Numbered from the stretch's first letter, positions 1 to 9,959 are shown. The stretch is 64,000 nt of DNA from Candidatus Caenarcanales bacterium (GCA_022447685.1 JAKVAO010000004.1:1978-65977); one strand, 5' to 3'. The notes: generated by a model from the letters alone, not told the origin. Translations and numbers: made by a program.

Positions 1-2
1 GT

Positions 3-491
3 TTCTTTCCTGTTGAGTTACCCGATGGTGACATACAATACACCAGAAATGGACACTTTACCATAGATAGAGAAGGCTTTGTTACTACTCTTCATGGTGA
101 TAAACTCCTAGACGAAGGGCTTGCACCAATAGTCATAGATATCAGCAGTAGTAAAGATATCACTGTTACCAAAGACGGTACTTTTCTAATAGATGGACAA
201 GCAATGACGCGGCTCTCTACATTTAACTTCCCACAGGGGGCAGGTATAGTAAGAATGACCGGGGATAAATATGACCTAGGAGATGATAATATGACCATGA
301 ATAATGGTGTTGTCATGATTCAAAGTAACGCTGATTTGTTTCACCAAGGGTTTCTTGAAGATTCCAATGTAAGCGCTGTAAAAATGTCTACAGAAATGAT
401 AAAAACCATGAGAAGCTATGAGGCGAATCAAAAAGTTATGAAATCTCAGGTTGATACTTTGAGATTGATTATGGATATTGGTAGAATTTAA
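3..491 (+). CDS. 5'-truncated flagellar basal-body rod protein (FlgF/FlgG family), C-terminal part
   Basis: Frame 3 is open from the window edge. The translation ...YTRNGHFTIDREGFVTTLHGDKLL...GFLEDSNVSAVKMSTEMIKTMRSYEANQKVMKSQVDTLRL matches the conserved C-terminal domain of FlgE/F/G rod proteins (SNV..EM..MI...RAYE.N.K...T.D..L). The ORF track shows only the 204..491 part. Confidence 0.7.
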   Translation, partial: FFPVELPDGDIQYTRNGHFTIDREGFVTTLHGDKLLDEGLAPIVIDISSSKDITVTKDGTFLIDGQAMTRLSTFNFPQGAGIVRMTGDKYDLGDDNMTMNNGVVMIQSNADLFHQGFLEDSNVSAVKMSTEMIKTMRSYEANQKVMKSQVDTLRLIMDIGRI

Positions 492-500
492 AAGCCTACC

Positions 501-2030
501 ATGCAGAAATTAATAAATTTATTTAGCAAGTCTAAAGAACTTGACATCAAAACCGAAGTTTTATCGGGCTTAACTGTTGCTATCGCCTTGATTCCTGAAG
601 CTGTGGCTTTTGCCTTCATTGCTGGCTTATCACCTCTAACTGGACTTTATGCAGCCTTCGTTATGGGTTTTGTTACTTCTATCTTCGGTGGACGCCCAGG
701 TATGATTTCTGGCGCAACAGGAGCTGTAGCAGTAGTATTAGTTGCACTCGCTAAAAGCCATGGAGTTGAATATATCTTCGCAACTGTAGTACTAGCTGGA
801 ATTTTACAGATGCTTGCAGGAATATTTAAACTTGGTAAATTCATGCGCTTAGTGCCACACCCAGTAATTTTCGGATTCGTAAATGGGCTTGCCATCATTA
901 TTTTCATGTCGCAGTTAGATCAATTCAAAAACGAAACTGGTGACTGGCTTTCAGGTATATCTATGTACACTATGCTGATTTTAGTCGGAATAACTATGCT
1001 AATAATTTGGCTATTACCAAAATTAACTAAAATCATCCCTTCCTCTCTTGCAGCTATACTAGCGATATTTGGATTAGTGTCAGTCTTCGGTATTGAAACC
1101 AAAACGGTTGGTGACATAGCTTCTATTCAGGGAGGTTTCCCACCTTTTCATCTTCCATTAGTACCATTTAACTTAGAAACAGTATCATTGATTTTCCCTT
1201 ACGCCCTGATCATGGCTGGAGTTGGGCTCATAGAAAGTTTACTTACCTTAAATATCATTGATGAAATCACAGAAACTAGAGGACACGGTAATAGAGAAGC
1301 TTTCGCTCAAGGTCTTGCCAACTGTATCTCTGGTATTTTTTCAGGCATGGGTGGCTGTGCCATGATTGGACAAAGTTTAATCAATATCTCTTCAGGTGCA
1401 AGAGCAAGGCTATCTGGAATAATAGCTTCTGTGATGTTACTTGTCTTTATTATGTTTGGTGCAGGACTAGTGGAACAATTACCAATAGCAGCACTTACAG
1501 GTTTAATGATCATGGTTTCCATAGGAACTTTCGAGTGGGCAAGTCTTAAGACCATCAATAAAATGCCTAAATCAGATATAACGATTATGGTGCTAGTAAC
1601 TCTGGTAACAGCAGTATTACACAACTTAGCCTTAGCTGTGCTCACTGGAGTTATCATTGCCGCCTTAGTTTTCGCTTGGGATAACGCAAAAAGAATCAGA
1701 GCAAGAAAATATCTAGATGATAATGGAGTTAAACACTACGAAATCTACGGTCCATTATTCTTCGCATCTACAACGCTATTTGGTGAGAAGTTTGATGTAC
1801 TCAATGATCCTACAGAAGTAATTATAGATTTTGCAGAAAGTAGAATCGTTGATATGTCAGCTATCGAAGCCCTCAACAAAATCACTGAACGTTATAGAAA
1901 AGTAGGTAAGAACGTTCATCTAAAACACCTCAGTTCTGACTGCCTAATGCTACTTAAAAACGCTGAAAAAATCATTGATGTCAATGTTCTTGAGGATCCA
2001 ACCTATAAAGTTGTAGTCGATGAACTCTAA
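501..2030 (+). CDS. SulP-family anion (sulfate) permease with C-terminal STAS domain
   Basis: 509-aa polytopic membrane protein with a typical SulP N-terminus (LSGLTVAIALIPEAVAFAFIAG) and a C-terminal STAS-like domain (GPLFFAST...VIIDFAESRIVDMSAIEAL). Confidence 0.85.
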   Translation: MQKLINLFSKSKELDIKTEVLSGLTVAIALIPEAVAFAFIAGLSPLTGLYAAFVMGFVTSIFGGRPGMISGATGAVAVVLVALAKSHGVEYIFATVVLAGILQMLAGIFKLGKFMRLVPHPVIFGFVNGLAIIIFMSQLDQFKNETGDWLSGISMYTMLILVGITMLIIWLLPKLTKIIPSSLAAILAIFGLVSVFGIETKTVGDIASIQGGFPPFHLPLVPFNLETVSLIFPYALIMAGVGLIESLLTLNIIDEITETRGHGNREAFAQGLANCISGIFSGMGGCAMIGQSLINISSGARARLSGIIASVMLLVFIMFGAGLVEQLPIAALTGLMIMVSIGTFEWASLKTINKMPKSDITIMVLVTLVTAVLHNLALAVLTGVIIAALVFAWDNAKRIRARKYLDDNGVKHYEIYGPLFFASTTLFGEKFDVLNDPTEVIIDFAESRIVDMSAIEALNKITERYRKVGKNVHLKHLSSDCLMLLKNAEKIIDVNVLEDPTYKVVVDEL

Positions 2031-2059
2031 GCTTACTGCTTAAGCTATCCTTATAATAT

Positions 2060-2593
2060 ATGTCAAAAAAAGCAATATTTGCAGGTGGTTGTTTCTGGTG
2101 TACTGAAAGTACCTTCGCCAAAATCCAAGGAGTCCTAGAAGTCTATCCCGGATACATAGGTGACGAAGCTTACAATGCAAACTACGAAGCTGTTTCATCT
2201 GGAATAACTAAGCACTATGAAGCTATAGAAGTAATTTATGATGAAAATCAAATCAGCTACGAGAACTTATTAGATGCCTTCTGGCGTGAGATCGATCCAA
2301 CTGATCCATATGGACAATTCGCAGATAAAGGACCTCAATACAAAAGCGCAATATTTTATTTAGATGAAGAGCAAAAAGAATTAGCTGAAAAATCTAAGCA
2401 GGATTTGGAGGATTCTAAAAAGTTCGATAAAGCTATAGCGACTGAAATTATCCAAGCCAAAGACTTCTATATTGCTGAAGAATACCACTGTGAGTACTAT
2501 AAAAAGAATGCAATGCACTATGAAATGTACCGTAAAGGATCGGGGCGTTCAGATTTTCTTGCAAAAACATGGGGAAATAACTGTAAAATATAA
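2060..2593 (+). CDS. msrA: peptide methionine-S-sulfoxide reductase MsrA
   Basis: The N-terminus AIFAGGCFWCTE carries the MsrA active-site motif GCFWC. Length is 177 aa. Confidence 0.9.
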   Translation: MSKKAIFAGGCFWCTESTFAKIQGVLEVYPGYIGDEAYNANYEAVSSGITKHYEAIEVIYDENQISYENLLDAFWREIDPTDPYGQFADKGPQYKSAIFYLDEEQKELAEKSKQDLEDSKKFDKAIATEIIQAKDFYIAEEYHCEYYKKNAMHYEMYRKGSGRSDFLAKTWGNNCKI

Positions 2594-2596
2594 TTC

Positions 2597-4720
2597 ATGC
2601 AAAGAAGCATTTTTCTTTTCCTAGTTTTGGCTTTTATAAGTTTTGCTTGCACGCAAAAAAAGTCAGCAGATAATGGGACTATAAGTTTAAATTCTCCTAA
2701 TGGTGAAATCGTTTTGGATTTTAAACTTTGTGATATTAAATCTCCAATATATAGTGTTAAATTCCAGGATAAAGAAATTATCAGTTCCTCTAACCTTGGC
2801 TTTGAATTCAAGAATCAGCCAGACTTACTTGAAGGTTTCAAAGTTATAGATACTGTAGAGAACTCATTTAAAGAAACTTGGGAACCTCTATGGGGGCAAG
2901 AATCTAGCATCAAAAACGAATTCAATGAACTTATAGTTAAGCTTGAAGAAGAGAAAGCACCGAATAGAAAAATCAATATACACTTCAAAGCCTTCAATGA
3001 TGGTATTGCATTCAGATATGAAGTACCAGAACAAGAAAATCTAAAAGATTTCATTATCATCGACGAGAAAACTACTTTTAACTTTACTGAAGACCATACT
3101 GCTTGGTGGATACCTAGTGATTATGATACTTATGAATTCATTCACAATGAATCTCCAATTTCACAAATCCCAGAAGCTACAAAAAACAGTCAGCATGGAC
3201 ACTCAAGACAAGATCACTGGAAAGGTGCAAATACACCAATCACCATGCAAAGCCCTGATAAAGATTACTGTATAGCAATCCACGAAGCGAACCTTCAGAA
3301 CTATGCTGGTATGACCTTGATACCAGTAAAAGATTCTCCTTACTCTGACTTCTCTTTTGAAGCTGATTTAGTACCGTGGGATAATGGCGACAAAGTTAGA
3401 GCTTCTGCTCCACTAAAAAGTCCTTGGAGAACTATTCTCATAACTAAAACTCCTGAAGAATTATTAAAATCAAGAATGATTCTAAACTTAAATGAACCTA
3501 ACAAAATAACAGATACAAGCTTCATTAAACCACTTAAATATATTGGAATTTGGTGGTCTATGCATTTAGGTATTGCAACTTGGGGACAAAATGGCCGCCA
3601 CGACGCCAATACTGAAAATACTAAAAAACATATTGAATTTGCCAAAAAACATAACTTCAATGGAGTACTAGTAGAAGGCTGGAACCAAGGTTGGGAACAG
3701 TGGTATCAAGATGATAACTTCGATTATGTAACCCCATACGATGATTTTGATTTAGCAGCAGTTAGCAAGTTTGCTGAAGCAAAAGATGTTGAGTTAATCG
3801 GACACTGTGAAACTGGTGGTCAATTCGAAGGTTTCGAGAAGCGCTTAGAAGAAGCATTCAGTCTCTATGAAAACAATGGAATAAATGCTGTTAAAACAGG
3901 GTATGCAGGGACACCATTTGGTGAAGGCAAAAAACCTTATTTCCATCACGGTCAGAGAATGGTAGAGCACTACAACAAAGTTCTTAAAGCTGCAGCTGAA
4001 CATAAAATTACATTAGATGTTCATGAACCAATTAAACCAACTGGACTTGCAAGAACTTACCCTAACCTTATGAGCCATGAAGGGGTAAGAGGTATGGAAT
4101 GGAATTCATGGAGTGATGGTAATCCTCCTTTCCATACTTGCTCATTACCGTTCACTAGAGGTCTTGCTGGACCAATAGATTACACACCAGGAATCTTTGA
4201 TTTAGATTTTAGTGAAAACCCTCTACCTACTAGAAAGCTCTGGAATAAAATCGGTGGTTTGGATAACCCAGGTGGCATGCATAGCACCCTTGCAAGGCAA
4301 CTTGCACTCTATGTAGTACTCTATAGCCCACTTCAAATGGCTTCTGATTTATTAGAACACTATGAAAATCATCCAGCTTTCGAGTTTATCGAGAAAGTTC
4401 CAGTGGATTGGTCAGAGACAGAAATAGTTGATGCTGAAATCGGTGATTACCTAGTAACAGCTAGAAAGGCTAAAGATTCTGAGAACTGGTATCTAGGAGC
4501 TATTACTAATGAAGAAGCACGCACTATAACTATAAAATTAGATTTCTTAGATACTGATAAAACTTACCAAGCTAAAATCTTCCAAGATACAGCTGATGCA
4601 CACTATGAAAATAATCAAGAAGCATATGAAATTATCAGCAAGGAGCTAAGCGCTAATGATGAATTAGAACTTAAGCTAGCAGCTGGTGGTGGAACTGCAA
4701 TTATTTTTGAGAGTCCATAA
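2597..4720 (+). CDS. glycoside hydrolase family 97 alpha-glucosidase (SusB-like), lipoprotein
   Basis: 707 aa with GH97-typical length and conserved blocks (IGIWWSMH, GVLVEGWN, HE..KPTG, MEWN). The signal peptide plus Cys (LAFISFAC) suggests a lipoprotein. Confidence 0.8.
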   Translation: MQRSIFLFLVLAFISFACTQKKSADNGTISLNSPNGEIVLDFKLCDIKSPIYSVKFQDKEIISSSNLGFEFKNQPDLLEGFKVIDTVENSFKETWEPLWGQESSIKNEFNELIVKLEEEKAPNRKINIHFKAFNDGIAFRYEVPEQENLKDFIIIDEKTTFNFTEDHTAWWIPSDYDTYEFIHNESPISQIPEATKNSQHGHSRQDHWKGANTPITMQSPDKDYCIAIHEANLQNYAGMTLIPVKDSPYSDFSFEADLVPWDNGDKVRASAPLKSPWRTILITKTPEELLKSRMILNLNEPNKITDTSFIKPLKYIGIWWSMHLGIATWGQNGRHDANTENTKKHIEFAKKHNFNGVLVEGWNQGWEQWYQDDNFDYVTPYDDFDLAAVSKFAEAKDVELIGHCETGGQFEGFEKRLEEAFSLYENNGINAVKTGYAGTPFGEGKKPYFHHGQRMVEHYNKVLKAAAEHKITLDVHEPIKPTGLARTYPNLMSHEGVRGMEWNSWSDGNPPFHTCSLPFTRGLAGPIDYTPGIFDLDFSENPLPTRKLWNKIGGLDNPGGMHSTLARQLALYVVLYSPLQMASDLLEHYENHPAFEFIEKVPVDWSETEIVDAEIGDYLVTARKAKDSENWYLGAITNEEARTITIKLDFLDTDKTYQAKIFQDTADAHYENNQEAYEIISKELSANDELELKLAAGGGTAIIFESP

Positions 4721-5297
4721 GTGCTGACTGAAAACTAGGCAAAGCTCTTAAACTAGAAATCACTACAGTAAGTAGAACTAAGTACTCAGTTAGATTGAGA
4801 GGACTTGCTAGATTAAACAAAGCTGGCTGCCAGGCTAGGAAAATAAAAATAACTACTTTCAAAACTCCGTAGAAAGCCCGCATAAAACGACTTGAACGAA
4901 GAAAACTGTTCCCAAGTGGTTTAGAAGACTTTAGCCTTAGTAAGTCTACAGCAAAACCTCTAGTGATAAAGAAAACAAAAACCCACAGGGCTAAAGTTTT
5001 CAAAAAGAAAACATAAAAAATCAAATATATATTCTCAACTACACGATCACAAAATATATCAAATTTAGCTCCAAACTCTGTCTCCTGCTTTAAAGCCCTA
5101 GCTACGACACCATCAAGTCCATCCAAAGCAATTACCAGAATCACTGATATAGAGAAAAAGAACCTGACTGTGACTGAACTAATATGAGCTGATTCACTAG
5201 AAACATTTAGAGCTTGAAAGCAAACAATACAAAAAACTAAAGCAAGTAAAACTCGAAAAACACAAATAATATTCGGAACATTGAAATATTTAAGCAC
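4701..5297 (-). CDS. CDP-alcohol phosphatidyltransferase (PgsA-like)
   Basis: Polytopic membrane protein carrying the D-G-x2-A-R-x8-G-x3-D-x3-D signature (ALDGLDGVVARALKQETEFGAKFDIFCDRVVE). Its 3' end overlaps the GH97 gene convergently by 20 nt. Confidence 0.7.
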   Translation of the reverse strand: MLKYFNVPNIICVFRVLLALVFCIVCFQALNVSSESAHISSVTVRFFFSISVILVIALDGLDGVVARALKQETEFGAKFDIFCDRVVENIYLIFYVFFLKTLALWVFVFFITRGFAVDLLRLKSSKPLGNSFLRSSRFMRAFYGVLKVVIFIFLAWQPALFNLASPLNLTEYLVLLTVVISSLRALPSFQSALMDSQK

Positions 5298-5361
5298 TAG
5301 GAAATTTTAGCAAGAGAAATCGAAACAAGAAAAAGTGATACCATTTAATTTCGGAGCATCA

Positions 5362-5375
5362 ATACTATCTTAAAT
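5362..5375 (+). promoter_or_regulatory. copy of conserved leader motif (TACTATCTTAAAT) of the effector-like family
   Basis: Near-identical to the TGCTATTATCTTAA motif at 9938 and 18870. It is followed by ...tcaatcaatcctcaagta, homologous to ...tctaattacactccaccctcaagta of the 9956 gene. Confidence 0.35.
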
Positions 5376-5648
5376 TTCAATCAATCCTCAAGTAATCCAA
5401 GCAATAATCATCAAGTTCAAGCAAAACTTGGAGATTTAGCAGATAAAAATATCCTCTTAAACCAAAGATTAAATCAGGGAATTCAAGAAAAACAAGTTCA
5501 AGCAACCAATCAAAGTGCAAATATACAAAGTATAAGTAGTAACAGAAATATTAATGCAGATCTAGCTCCTAGTCCTAAAGAAATAGAGATTATAGAAAAT
5601 CTAATAATCCCCAACGTAAATAAATTTAAAGAACACAATCTTCCTGAA

Positions 5649-6977
5649 ATGCAAATGCACTGGGAAGGTACTAAAAAGAAACAAGGTCCTCTAGCACTAG
5701 AACCTCGAAAACAAGAAGAAATCAAAGCAGCAATATCCAAAGAATCACAGCAAAGCTCAGGTATATTTAATTTATTCAACAAAAAAGAAAATTCACTTAA
5801 CTATGAAGAAGCTGGAGAGAAGAAGGCTCTAGAAGTACTTGAGCTCGGTAGTACCGCTGTAATTTTAGGTGTCAAAGACTCAGAAACAGGTAACTATGAA
5901 AAAGTAATAAGAGTAGATAGTAATTTTCCACCTAATGTCCCTATCACCCAACATCTAGAACACTCTTATCAAAGCCTAGAGTCTCTTCAAGGAAGCCCAT
6001 ACGTAATTCGTGCTTCTGAAACCACACAAGTACAAGACAAAAATGGCAATATCAGCTTTATCTCAGGCGTTGAATACTTAGACAGTGACAAATGGGCGAA
6101 CTTCGATAAGAATCTTGAGGTCTCTGAAGCTAGGGAAAATACTAATATGAGTAAAGCAGAATTAGTTCAGTCTCTAAAAACAGTTCAGGGACTACTTACA
6201 GCTAGTCAAGGAATTTATCAACAGGGAGCAAGCCTTACTAACACTAAAGAATTTAAGGTTAATACTGAAACAGATCAAGCTATTTATGCACATCCAGGTG
6301 GGCTTAAAAAGCCAGTAGACAGTGTCACAGGCGCAATTCTAGGATCTGTACCATTACTAAATCTGAATAATGAATACCAATATGCTAACTATCTTGCAAG
6401 AGCAGATGAGCAGAATCTAAGCCCAGAGGATAGAAATTCTAAAACAGCAGCTATAGCAAATGCTGTCCGTAATCAACAACAAATACCGATTTTCGCAACT
6501 ATGATTGGCTTGGAGCAATCTATTACTGGAAAGTGGCATTATGGAAACGCTCTAAAAAAACCAATACCTAAAGCAATCACTAAAAAAGATACTTTAATTC
6601 AAAAATCACTCTCAGTAAATAACACTTACAATATGAGTTTGGAAAAATACCGCAAACAATTCCAACAAAAATACGCAAGAGACATTGACCAAAACGCTCA
6701 CCATGAAAACTTCAAAGCAATTCTAAAAAAATTACCTGAAAAGCTTGTACAAAATTCCCAACAAAATAAAGAATTACGCAACGAAATAGCAAATCTCGTA
6801 AATGATCTTACTAGTCTTAAGAAAACCAATCCAGGAATGACTGAAAAAGAAGCTTTAAAAAACCCTGAAGGCTATCAATATCGCCTAAGATCTGAAGATG
6901 ATTCAAAAACAGATAAAGAATATAATCCAAGGAAAGAGCAAACTGAAGAAGTTAAGGATCCACTGAAAAACGTCTAA
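5649..6977 (+). CDS. hypothetical Q/N/S-rich protein (effector-like paralog family); start uncertain
   Basis: 442-aa ORF from the first ATG. The same frame is open and coding-like (…NFNQSSSNPSNNHQVQ…) back to 5349 with no ATG. The 5' region is homologous at nucleotide level to the leaders of the 9956/11173, 8412 and 18921 genes. Confidence 0.5.
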   Translation: MQMHWEGTKKKQGPLALEPRKQEEIKAAISKESQQSSGIFNLFNKKENSLNYEEAGEKKALEVLELGSTAVILGVKDSETGNYEKVIRVDSNFPPNVPITQHLEHSYQSLESLQGSPYVIRASETTQVQDKNGNISFISGVEYLDSDKWANFDKNLEVSEARENTNMSKAELVQSLKTVQGLLTASQGIYQQGASLTNTKEFKVNTETDQAIYAHPGGLKKPVDSVTGAILGSVPLLNLNNEYQYANYLARADEQNLSPEDRNSKTAAIANAVRNQQQIPIFATMIGLEQSITGKWHYGNALKKPIPKAITKKDTLIQKSLSVNNTYNMSLEKYRKQFQQKYARDIDQNAHHENFKAILKKLPEKLVQNSQQNKELRNEIANLVNDLTSLKKTNPGMTEKEALKNPEGYQYRLRSEDDSKTDKEYNPRKEQTEEVKDPLKNV

Positions 6978-7146
6978 AGTAACATTTTTCAACCCTTACC
7001 GAGGAATAAATCCTAGCTCAGGGAGCGGATCCTTAATATTCTTTATCAGGCAGTCGCCACTCAAAACTTCGTTTTGCAGTGCCTCCTTAACTTTACAAAT
7101 GTTCAGCGAAGAATAGCTAATATTATTGAGAAGCTAAATCAACCAT

Positions 7147-7204
7147 AAATATGCAGTAAAACTTCAGATTTAAATCGTAAATGTGCAGTAGAACTTCAGA
7201 TTTA
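7147..7204 (+). promoter_or_regulatory. two 26-bp direct repeats (AAATATGCAGTAAAACTTCAGATTTA / AAATGTGCAGTAGAACTTCAGATTTA) upstream of ATPase gene
   Basis: 24 of 26 positions identical with a 32-bp period. The repeats end 4 bp before a TATAAT box at 7209..7214 and the ATG at 7221. Confidence 0.4.
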
Positions 7205-7208
7205 TGGG

Positions 7209-7214
7209 TATAAT
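7209..7214 (+). promoter_or_regulatory. -10 box GGGTATAAT, 6 nt upstream of the ATPase start (leaderless-type)
   Basis: TATAAT hexamer at 7209..7214 and ATG at 7221. The same layout recurs at all four ATPase paralogs. Confidence 0.4.
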
Positions 7215-7220
7215 AAGAAT

Positions 7221-8393
7221 ATGGACTATATTAAACGAGTAATTAAATTACCGAAGAAATATAGTTTTTTCCTTTTTGGACCGAGACAAGTAGGTAAAAG
7301 TACTCTTCTAAAGAAATATTTTTCTGAGACTGAGAGTATGAAATATGATCTATTAGACTTTTCACTACTAAGGAAATTAGAAAAGGATCCCAGTATATTT
7401 TTTAATGAAGTAGAGTCAAGAGCTAAAAAAATAAAATATGTTTTAGTTGATGAAGTACAAAAACTCCCTTGGATACTAGATGAAGTTCATAGAGTGATTG
7501 AGAATAGTGAAAATCCACCTTATTTTATACTCACAGGTTCAAGTTCACGCAAACTAAAACAATCTCAAGCCAATCTTCTAGCTGGCAGGGCAATATCAAA
7601 ATTTCTATTTCCATTTATCTATGAAGAACTGCACAATTTTAATTTAAATGAAATCTTGCAATTCGGTTCTCTACCTAATGTTTATCTTCAGGAGGACAAA
7701 AATATTAAATACGAAATCCTGAAATCATATACCAACACATATATAAAAGAAGAGATTAAAGAAGAAGCTCTGGTTAGAAATCTCAATGCTTTCAATGAAT
7801 TTTTATACTTTGCTGCTGAAGAGAATGGCAATCTAATAAATTACAGCAATATAGCTCAAGATACTGGAGTTAGTTTAAATACGATTAAGGAATATTATCA
7901 AATACTCATGGATACATTAATGGGTTTTATGCTCATGCCAATCAGAAAGTCAGTCAGGCAACAAATAGCAAGAAGCCCAAAGTTCTATTTTTTTGATACT
8001 GGAGTTCAAAGAGCTTTAAGCAACAAACTACAAGTAGCACTAGTCCAAAAAACCAAAGAATACGGTAAAGCTTTTGAGCACTGGCTTATAAAAGAAATCA
8101 TCTATAAATCTAAGTACAACAATAAAGACTATAAGTTTTCTTTCTATAGAGTAAATGAAAATATTGAAGTTGATTTAGTAATTGAAAAGCCAGATGGAGA
8201 AATACTTGCTATAGAAATCAAAGCAAATAATAACCCTAAAGCAGAAAAATTGAAAGGTTTAAAATCATTTAATAAAATTTTCCCTGAAGCAAAGCTAATA
8301 TGCTCCTGTCTTACAGACAAAATCCAAGAGATAAATAAAGATAATTATAAAATTACTATAATTCCATGGCGAGATCTTCTTGAACTTATATGA
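7221..8393 (+). CDS. AAA+ ATPase, DUF4143 family (COG1373), paralog 1
   Basis: Walker A motif LFGPRQVGKST near the N-terminus, an hhhhDE Walker B (YVLVDEVQ) and a C-terminal DUF4143-like region. It is paralogous to the genes at 15624, 17649 and 62291. Confidence 0.8.
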   Translation: MDYIKRVIKLPKKYSFFLFGPRQVGKSTLLKKYFSETESMKYDLLDFSLLRKLEKDPSIFFNEVESRAKKIKYVLVDEVQKLPWILDEVHRVIENSENPPYFILTGSSSRKLKQSQANLLAGRAISKFLFPFIYEELHNFNLNEILQFGSLPNVYLQEDKNIKYEILKSYTNTYIKEEIKEEALVRNLNAFNEFLYFAAEENGNLINYSNIAQDTGVSLNTIKEYYQILMDTLMGFMLMPIRKSVRQQIARSPKFYFFDTGVQRALSNKLQVALVQKTKEYGKAFEHWLIKEIIYKSKYNNKDYKFSFYRVNENIEVDLVIEKPDGEILAIEIKANNNPKAEKLKGLKSFNKIFPEAKLICSCLTDKIQEINKDNYKITIIPWRDLLELI

Positions 8394-8395
8394 TC

Positions 8396-8409
8396 TGTTA
8401 TTATCTTGG
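8396..8409 (+). promoter_or_regulatory. conserved leader motif copy (TGTTATTATCTTGG) before ATG 8412
   Basis: The TATTAT hexamer lies 8 nt upstream of the ATG. Shares ATTATCTT with the 9938 and 18870 copies. Confidence 0.35.
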
Positions 8410-8411
8410 AT

Positions 8412-9344
8412 ATGGTAACGAATCCTCCTCCTAGTCTTCCTCCTCAAAATGCAGCTTTAGTTAAATTTACCGATACTAATATTGAGAATAGAGTTCCACC
8501 CAATGCTAATCAGGCAATGAATCAAACTAAAGATAAAGATGGAAGGAATCCAATTGATTTAATTTTGGCACAAAAACAAATAAATAATAATTCAGATTCA
8601 ATGAGACCAGAAGATGTAGTTAAAAGACAAATCAACACAAGTATCAAAAATTATGAAGATCTAGAAAGAGTTATCAATGAGACACCAAATGTTATTGACA
8701 CTGAGACTCAAAAAGCATTAGGACAACTTATCACTAATCTAACAGTCTTAAGAGACAATATAGATATTCCTTCTATAACAGAAAATCAAGAATCTCAAAG
8801 TCTGTTATCAAATATTGAACTAATGTCAGGAGCTTTAAATATCTTTAACAGTCAAAGAGCATACATTACTAATAACGATAATACTAATAGACCTGATAAC
8901 TTAGAAGAGAGAACTCAAGTTTTGAACACTTTAAAACAAAATCTCCCAATAGTCATCAACACACAATTAACTAATAGCCAAAAACTTATAAGTACAGCTG
9001 TACTAAAACCACAATATGAGAGTATCATGAATAATTTTGATTCAGCAATTAAGCAACTTCAAAACAACCCTGAAGCTAGTTCAATACTAAAAAATGCCCA
9101 AACTGATCTAAATTTATTTAAAGAAATACTAGGCACAGGTGGAGCAAGTTCTGAATCCGTCATAAATAAGACTTTAACTCTTAATCAAGAACTCACTGAT
9201 TTAAATAATCAACTCAAAGACGGAACTGTTGAAGATTTCGGTCTCAATAATGTTGTGGGTTTTATCGCAAAACTAAGTGATGATCTAGTAGTTGAAGGTA
9301 AAGCACTCGATATACAAGAGGATTTACAAAATATACAAAATTAA
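8412..9344 (+). CDS. hypothetical Q/N-rich effector-like protein (N-terminus MVTNPPPSLPP)
   Basis: The ORF track starts at TTG 8406, but the first ATG is at 8412. The protein has the N-terminal P-P-S motif shared with three other genes and no recognisable domain. The frame continues coding-like for 51 codons after the TAA stop (9345..9500). Confidence 0.6.
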   Translation: MVTNPPPSLPPQNAALVKFTDTNIENRVPPNANQAMNQTKDKDGRNPIDLILAQKQINNNSDSMRPEDVVKRQINTSIKNYEDLERVINETPNVIDTETQKALGQLITNLTVLRDNIDIPSITENQESQSLLSNIELMSGALNIFNSQRAYITNNDNTNRPDNLEERTQVLNTLKQNLPIVINTQLTNSQKLISTAVLKPQYESIMNNFDSAIKQLQNNPEASSILKNAQTDLNLFKEILGTGGASSESVINKTLTLNQELTDLNNQLKDGTVEDFGLNNVVGFIAKLSDDLVVEGKALDIQEDLQNIQN

Positions 9345-9504
9345 AGAGCACAAGAATTAAAAAAAGCAGCCTGGCAAGACCTAATTAAAGCAAGAACATT
9401 TGAAACAATACCACCACAACAAGCCCTACAAGGGGGAAATAATACTGGTATTAACCCTGCACTACTCCTTCAAATCAGAAATCAATTTCTAAATAATTAA
9501 AACC

Positions 9505-9873
9505 CTAAGCCTTCAAATCAGGTCTCAAATTAGCAGCCTCACCAAGGTAAACATGCTTAACCTCAGCTTGCTCCACTGGCAAATTACACTGAACTAATAA
9601 ACGCACACATCTAGCGAGCATGCCATCTATCTGCGGCTCCTGAGATGTGAAAAAAGGTATATGCTGCCAGCCCATACCCTGACGTATAGCTGATGACGCA
9701 TTCAAAGAAGTTAAATCAGAAGTCATAGTCAGAAACAGCATAACAATATCAGCTTCAGGCTTGATATTGTTCTTCTCTATAATCTGCTTGATCATTTCAA
9801 GTGACGCAGCTTTAATTTCTTCAGCACTATCAACATTGACAGTGGTAGCTCCACGAATTGCAACTAATCCCAT
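9505..9873 (-). CDS. aroH: AroH-class monofunctional chorismate mutase
   Basis: 122 aa. MGLVAIRGATTVNVDSAEEI...RPDLKA aligns along its length with Bacillus AroH (MMIRGIRGATTVE...LRPDL). Confidence 0.75.
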   Translation of the reverse strand: MGLVAIRGATTVNVDSAEEIKAASLEMIKQIIEKNNIKPEADIVMLFLTMTSDLTSLNASSAIRQGMGWQHIPFFTSQEPQIDGMLARCVRLLVQCNLPVEQAEVKHVYLGEAANLRPDLKA

Positions 9874-9937
9874 GAATACTAAGTTTAGCAGGTAGTATCT
9901 GAATAATTGTAGAAGAGTTCAAATTCAAGATAAAATT

Positions 9938-9951
9938 TGCTATTATCTTAA
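9938..9951 (+). promoter_or_regulatory. conserved leader motif TGCTATTATCTTAA immediately upstream of the pre-insertion start codon (ATG 9956)
   Basis: Identical 14-mer at 18870..18883. The TATTAT hexamer lies 9 nt before the ATG at 9956. Confidence 0.4.
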
Positions 9952-9959
9952 AATTATGA

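Noticed and set aside
647-3660. Several 65 to 116-aa ORFs antisense to or overlapping the sulP, msrA and GH97 genes.
   Set aside because: They are fully embedded in strongly supported genes on the other strand and have hydrophobic, low-complexity composition typical of antisense artefacts.
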